Origin: Rebecca billardiae RCC1528
Lineage: Eukaryota > Protista > Haptophyta
Length of the DNA stretch: 64,000 nucleotides
Direction: 5' to 3'
Assembly: GCA_965240325.2 (NCBI GenBank)
Contig: OZ251244.1
Coordinates: 372,001 to 436,000, forward strand
Every line of letters begins with the position of its first letter. Positions within the stretch are counted from its first letter, which is position 1. Position numbers and translations under genes: made by a program. Below the pieces are notes generated by a model, which had not been told where the DNA came from, searched no databases, and saw nothing but the letters and a program-made list of their open reading frames with translations. Of this stretch, positions 58,571 through 64,000 are shown one piece after another.

Positions 58571-59958
58571 TGGGTCAATTTTTTGGGCTTCGGCGCACGG
58601 GAGGGCTGGTAGCGCCGATGCCGATGGGCGCCCATGGCGCCCGTCCGCCCCAGTGGCGCTCCACTGTGTCAAACGCGAGCTCCTGCGCTGCCCTACGCGG
58701 ATGCCGTTGGTCGCGCGCTGGTCGAGCGACCTTGGGCACATGACTGCTCCTCGTGGCGCGCGTCTTGACCGTCGACTGAGCGCGCACTCCTGCCCACGAG
58801 CACGCCGCACCGACCGCGTCGCGTCAGTCGAACCGGTGGGCCGCGCAAACATGCGCGTGGGTAGGCATGGGTGAGGTGAGCGCGCTCAAAAGCTTGCTTG
58901 CCTGGAAGGGAAGCTCCGTATCGATGAGTCTCGCACGCGTTTGCCTCGCGTCGAGCCCATCTGGGAGCAGTCACTGCACGCGCAGACACGCGTTGCGAAA
59001 GGATGATCAGCCGGCCACGCGTGCAGAGCAAAGCAGATGACTGCCCGTGCGTCAAACCGCATCAGGCGGGTATCCGACGCTGCGCAGCATGCGAGCCGTA
59101 CCCAGGCGCGATTGCACAGCCAGCAGGCGCCGCTCCCAACGCCGTCACAGAGCGTACGCACCGCCTGTTGTCATCCTCGTGGATTGCTCGGAGCCGACGA
59201 TCGCCGCACGCGGATAGCAAATAAGCTGTGGCCAACGTTTGAAGCCAGTAACGATGCCGAGCTGCGCTGTGCGTGTGTAGTCTGGGTCGATCGCGTGCGC
59301 GCCACAGCTACGGCACGCACCCCAACTCCACTGTGGGCCCATGCTGCGTGCGTACCAACCAGCAGTCAAAAACACACCGCCGAGCACCGTCGACACGTTG
59401 ACCGTGCACACACTCAAGGCGAGTGCGAGCACAGCCGGGTGCAGGTGGCTGGCCGTGACAGCTGGGGAGAGCGCTGCGCCATGCTAGCCGCCGCTCGCCT
59501 CGATGGCCTCGCAGAGGAGCAGCAGCTTCATTTTTCTAAGCTCACCTGCGCGGAGAGCACGTGATGCGTGTAGCGCGCGCAGGTGGGGCGTCATGCGGTT
59601 AGGTCTTCCAGTTCCTGTCACAACATCATCTGAACCATCTCAAACTGCCAAACCTAACCGCATGACGCTTTTTCTCGTCCCGCAACGTGGCGCGCAAGCA
59701 TGCGCAAGAATGCAACATCCAAATGCAATCGCCGCGCGTGCGCGAGGCAGACGCGGAGAGGGGCGTGGCGGCGCGCGAGATGGCGCACCTGGGTGTCCTC
59801 GTCACCGCCGACCAGCGCCAGGGGCCGCGCGCCCTTCGCCCGCGTCGCACGACCGCGGCAGCGCGAGCCCCCGCAAACGCAGCTTTCGCGCGCTTTCACG
59901 ATGGCCGCTCGTTGACGAGATCGGCGCTCCGTGCGCCGAAGCCAAAAAAAGCGACCCA
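58571..59958. mobile_element. Non-autonomous TIR element (about 1.4 kb) inserted in a TA tract
   Basis: Imperfect TIR of about 30 bp, tgggtc..tttttt(g)ggcttcggcgcacgg versus ccgtgcgccgaagccaaaaaaagcgaccca, with (TA)n on both flanks. Confidence 0.7.
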
Positions 59959-60026
59959 TATATATTTATTTATTTATTTGCGCAGCGCGGATCATCTGCT
60001 AACCGAACTACCTCCCAGGATTGTCA

Positions 60027-61740
60027 TCACCACGTGCCGCCGAGCGACGCTCCGAGCGAGCCGCCCGACTTGGCTTTGCTCGCAGCGGCCTTTTCGCGCA
60101 GCGCCGCGCGTGTCGCGGCGCGCCGGTCGTCCATGCCCGCGGCCTCGATGGTGCGCAGCAGCGCGGCGTTCATCTGCGTCTCTGCAAGCGGCAGCGTGTA
60201 CCCGATCATCTGCTTGCGCACCTGCGATCCCGTCGCGGGGCGCGGCGGGGAGCGGAGCGGCGCCGAACGCGCGCGCCGGGGCGCGGAGGTGCCAGCCAGC
60301 AGCATGAGCGCACGGCAGCCGGCGGCACGGTCGCGCCGCCGCGCCGGCGGCGCGCGCCGCGGGCGCGCCCTCTCCGTTGGGAGCGCGCGCGAGGCGGGCG
60401 GGCGGCGGCGCGCACCCGGTCCGTCTTGATCTGCTCCGACAGCGAGTCGTGGTACCTGCGCACGAACGCCGCGCGCTTGTCCTTCTCCGCCGCGTCCTTG
60501 GCCGCCGCGTCCGAGTTGAACCTCGCCTCCAGTTGCACAATGGCCGCCTCCTCGCGCTGCGTGCGCACGGAGGCCTTCTTGCGCTCGGAGACCTGGAGCG
60601 CGAGCACGCGGTTGCACTCGGCCTGCAGCGCCTTGCGCGTCTCGTCGCGCATCGCCAGCTCCGCGTCGCGCGCCTCCGCGTCGCGCCGCTGCCGCTCGAG
60701 CGCGCGCGCCTCGTCGCGCGCGCCCTCCGTGCGAACCTGGTCGTGCAGGAAGTTTGCGTGCACGGCCTGCTTCGCCATGCGCGAGTACGTGGCGGCGAGC
60801 TGCTCCTCGCGGTCGCGCTCCTGCCGGTCGAGGATCTTCTTGTACTCGATGCCCACCTGCGCGCCGGCGTGCGCCGTCGACGCCGGCCAGGGGTGAGCGC
60901 GCGGCGGCGCGCGGGGCGGGCGCGCGCGCGGGCGCGGGCGCGAGGCGCCGGCTCGCGGCGCGCGGCAATCGGCGCAACGCGCGCGGCGCGCGCGCCTTCT
61001 GCCCCTCGAGGAACTGGCGGTGGCGGATCTCGGCGGCCATCTCGAGGTTGCGCTCGTTCTGCTCCACCACCTTGCGCATGTTCTCCGCCTCCTCGTACCG
61101 CCGCGTCAGCGCCGCGATCCGCTCCTCGCGAAGCTCGCCGCGGATGCGCTGGAGCGACGCGCGGTCGGCGTCGGCCGCCTGCTGCTTCGCGGCCGCCTTG
61201 CGCGCCTCGACCTCTCGCACCTGCGCGTCGCGCGCGAACTTCTGCGCGGCCTCCTTCTCCTTCATCTCCCGCCGCTTCGCCGCGTCGATGCCGTTCCAGC
61301 GCTCTCGCCGCTCGCGCTCGAACGCCTCGTACTTATGCTCGTCCGCCTTCACGCGGTCCGCGGCCTCGCGCTGCAGCCGCACCTGCTCGTCGAGGAAGAT
61401 GCGCTGCTGGCGCTGGTCCTCGCGCAGCTTGTCCTTCCGCTCCTGCTCCTTTCGCTCCGACTCGTGCAGCAGGTACTCGTTGATCTCCGTGTAGCGGTCG
61501 ACGAAGACGACTGCGCGCGGCGCGTGCGCGCGCGCCACCCACCCCCACACGCACGCATGCGACGCGCGTGCCCGCCGGCTCAGCGCGAGGGCCACGGCGC
61601 GGCAGTCGATGCTCGCACGCGCACACGCGCGACGGTGTCTGCGCTCCACGCCGCGCACGGCGCCGTCTCGCAGGCCGCCACGGCGCGCGCGCGCGCGCAC
61701 GATCCGGGTCGCGCACGAGGGTGCGGCTGGCCGACGCCAT
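60027..61740 (-). CDS. Long coiled-coil protein, trichohyalin-plectin-homology/ciliary type. Introns 61700-61511, 60995-60857 (GC-AG), 60415-60222
   Basis: The spliced model is E/R/K/Q-rich with LDEQ, LDRQ, LALQ and LSEQI LxxQ motifs, typical of ciliary coiled-coil proteins. Confidence 0.7.
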
Positions 61741-62395
61741 GGTGCTCGCCGCCCGTAGGAGTCAGCACGTGTAACTACTATTACCAGTAGCCGATTCCGG
61801 GCGTAACAGCTGTCCCTGGTCCGGGCTCAAGTCGATCCCGGTGGCCTTCCCGGGGAAAGAAATGCACTGCCCCCATGGAGGAAAATGGGATGAATCGGCT
61901 GATTACAGCGGTTATTAACTCCATTCAGTACTTCGACAGACGAATCAGGAGAGCTGCGCCCTCGTGCCTGTGTCTTTAAATCATAGAATTGGTCCCCCGC
62001 CAAATATTTGTCGACACCACGCAGTTCCTCGAAAGTCCCGGGTGATCCGCCTCAAGAAGACAAGAACTGATCCATCAAAACGGGTTTCCTCGTGTTCACG
62101 AGCTGAAGAGTCTTTTTGTCGTCAGGTAGATGCGAGATGCACAAGAAAGTGGGTGAGGGAGGTTCGCACGAATCACGACAAACTCCAAGATCGGGAGTTC
62201 GAGATGCACTCCAGATACAGACGATCACACGAGATCGCTCGTGGTTGTATGAAGGGAGATGGCTATCTCCCTTGGTTGTATATGCCATCCCCTCGACGCG
62301 GCCCACCCGAACGCGCCTGCGAGCTGAACCCATCTTACCCAAATCCAACACCTCAGCAACCTCCACCCCGGCCGACGACGGCACGTGCGGCTGGA

Positions 62396-63703
62396 ATGGC
62401 GCTCCTAGACGTGCTCTCAACGGACGAGCACCTGCGGCTGGTGATCGACGTCCTCGACGAGGACGATGCCTTCTGTGCGGCGCTCTGCTGCACGGCGATG
62501 CGCGACGCCGTCTTCTCGCGCTTCCCCGCCGGCGTGCGCACGCGATTCGGCGCGGCCTGCGCCTCGAGCGCTCGCGCGTGCTGGGCGATGCGCCTCGGCG
62601 ACGAGCACGCGCCGGCAGCGGCGGAGTTGTGCGCCGCTGCGGCATGCCTGAATAGACCGGCCATTTTGCGCAAGCTCGGCGACCTCGGCGCCATCCCCGA
62701 CAGCCGCGCGCTCTGCATGGCCGCGCGCAACCGCTCGGTGCTGAGCGCTGAGTGGTTGCTGCTCCACTGCATGCTGATGCCCGGGCCGCTCGCGGTGGAG
62801 GCCGCGGCGGAGGGCGCGCACTCGCGCATCCTCGAACGCTTCCTCACGCTCGCCCGCGGCGACTGGAGCGCCTCGGCGTACGTCGCCGCGGCGCGCGGCG
62901 GCAGCGTCGACTGCCTTCGGCTGCTTGTCTCCGCAGACGACGACGACGACGACGACATGCTGCCGGACGAGCAGCTCGAGGCGGTGCTCATCGAGGCGGA
63001 GATGCACGCGCTGCGCGCACGCGCGCTCGCCGAGTGCGCGAAGCGCGAGCCGGCGCCCGCGCCGCCCGCCGCCACGCCGCCCGAGGCGAGGGGCGGGCTG
63101 ATCAGCAGCGGCCTCGCGTGGCTGCGGCCGTCACGCTCCGTGGAGCCGGCGCCGGCGCGCGGCCGGCTGTGGCCGGGCGGCCGGCGGTCCGCCTCGCCGA
63201 CACTGCCCGCCCCACGGCAGGAGCTGCCGGCCGAGCCGGCCGACATCCCGCTCCCGGCGCCGCTCGGGTGGCGGCGGCACACCGCCGAGCTGACGCCGCA
63301 GCGGCCAACCGGCCGGCGCTGGGACGAGCGCGCGTGCGAGGCCGCGGCCGCGGCGGGCCACTGGGACGCGCTCAAGTTCCTGCTCGTCGCCGGCGCGCCG
63401 TGCGACTGGACGTCGGTGCGCGCCGCCGCGTGCCGCGGTGATGTCACGATGGCCAACTGGATCGCGCAGCAGGGCTGCGCGTGGCTGCCCGGCGCCGACG
63501 AGATTGCGGCCGCGGCCGCGCGCTGCGGACACGTCAAGGTGCTCCGGTGGATGCGGCAGCGCGGCTGGGAGTGGCACGACTGCGCCTCGCCCGCGCTGGT
63601 GGTGGACGAGGCGCTGCGCGCCGGGCAGCACGAGCTGCTCGGCTGGCTCGTCGACAAGGGCTTCCCCGTCGACCACGGCGCGCTCGAGGCGGCCGCGGCC
63701 TAA
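62396..63703 (+). CDS. Atypical ankyrin-repeat protein with an F-box-like N-terminus
   Basis: Short repeats WDERACEAAAAAGHWDALKFL, AAARCGHVKVLRWMRQRGWEW and AGQHELLGWL. Confidence 0.75.
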   Translation: MALLDVLSTDEHLRLVIDVLDEDDAFCAALCCTAMRDAVFSRFPAGVRTRFGAACASSARACWAMRLGDEHAPAAAELCAAAACLNRPAILRKLGDLGAIPDSRALCMAARNRSVLSAEWLLLHCMLMPGPLAVEAAAEGAHSRILERFLTLARGDWSASAYVAAARGGSVDCLRLLVSADDDDDDDMLPDEQLEAVLIEAEMHALRARALAECAKREPAPAPPAATPPEARGGLISSGLAWLRPSRSVEPAPARGRLWPGGRRSASPTLPAPRQELPAEPADIPLPAPLGWRRHTAELTPQRPTGRRWDERACEAAAAAGHWDALKFLLVAGAPCDWTSVRAAACRGDVTMANWIAQQGCAWLPGADEIAAAAARCGHVKVLRWMRQRGWEWHDCASPALVVDEALRAGQHELLGWLVDKGFPVDHGALEAAAA

Positions 63704-64000
63704 TAAGGCGCGAGCGGCTGCCGCGCTCGTGGGCGTGTGAGCGCACGACGCACGCGCGCGCGCAACGGCGCACCTACTTCTGTACCCCACCCACGGCCTT
63801 GCAGGCTCGTGGGCTTCAGCCAGCCCAAGCCACTCCCGAGGCTATGCACACCCGACCTCCGACGGCGCCCACGATCGCCCCCGCCCAAGCCCATTACGCA
63901 CCTTGGGCGGCCGCGACGGCACCAGACGGCCCGACAGCACGTTTGACTCTGTATGACTTTGCACATCCACGCTCCGCGCGACGGCTCCCGCTGATGCATT

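Noticed and set aside
62396-63703. Endogenous giant-virus fragment
   Set aside because: This ankyrin subtype also occurs widely in algae, and no viral hallmark genes are present in the window.

Overview
Eukaryotic, very GC-rich, intron-containing nuclear DNA. The GC-run introns, GC-AG donors, signal-plus-transit-peptide proteins and gene set suggest a haptophyte alga such as Pavlovales (inference). Most long six-frame ORFs are GC artefacts. About 17 gene models can be rebuilt by splicing: a divergent pair of aegerolysin/Cry34-like paralogues, an EF-hand protein, an alpha2delta-like VWA/Cache protein, cyclophilin, coproporphyrinogen III oxidase, a WD40-TRP-like channel, a 5'-truncated sulfotransferase-like gene, two ankyrin proteins, a tubby-like protein, a degenerate hybrid histidine kinase, SmF, a dual-specificity phosphatase, PCF11, a GT31/Fringe-like glycosyltransferase and a coiled-coil protein. 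The most unusual gene is a 7-exon, about 1695-aa protein (25651-31690, minus) joining a calmodulin-like EF-hand region, four OmpA-C-like repeats and two FABP-like barrels. Mobile and repeat DNA includes a 79-bp inverted repeat bracketing the WD40-TRP and sulfotransferase genes, a roughly 0.96-kb tandem amplification of the tubby 3' end punctuated by AT palindromes and hairpins, a young internally deleted copia element inside that array, a foldback element and several non-autonomous TIR elements. All domain calls are motif recognition by eye; no searches were run.
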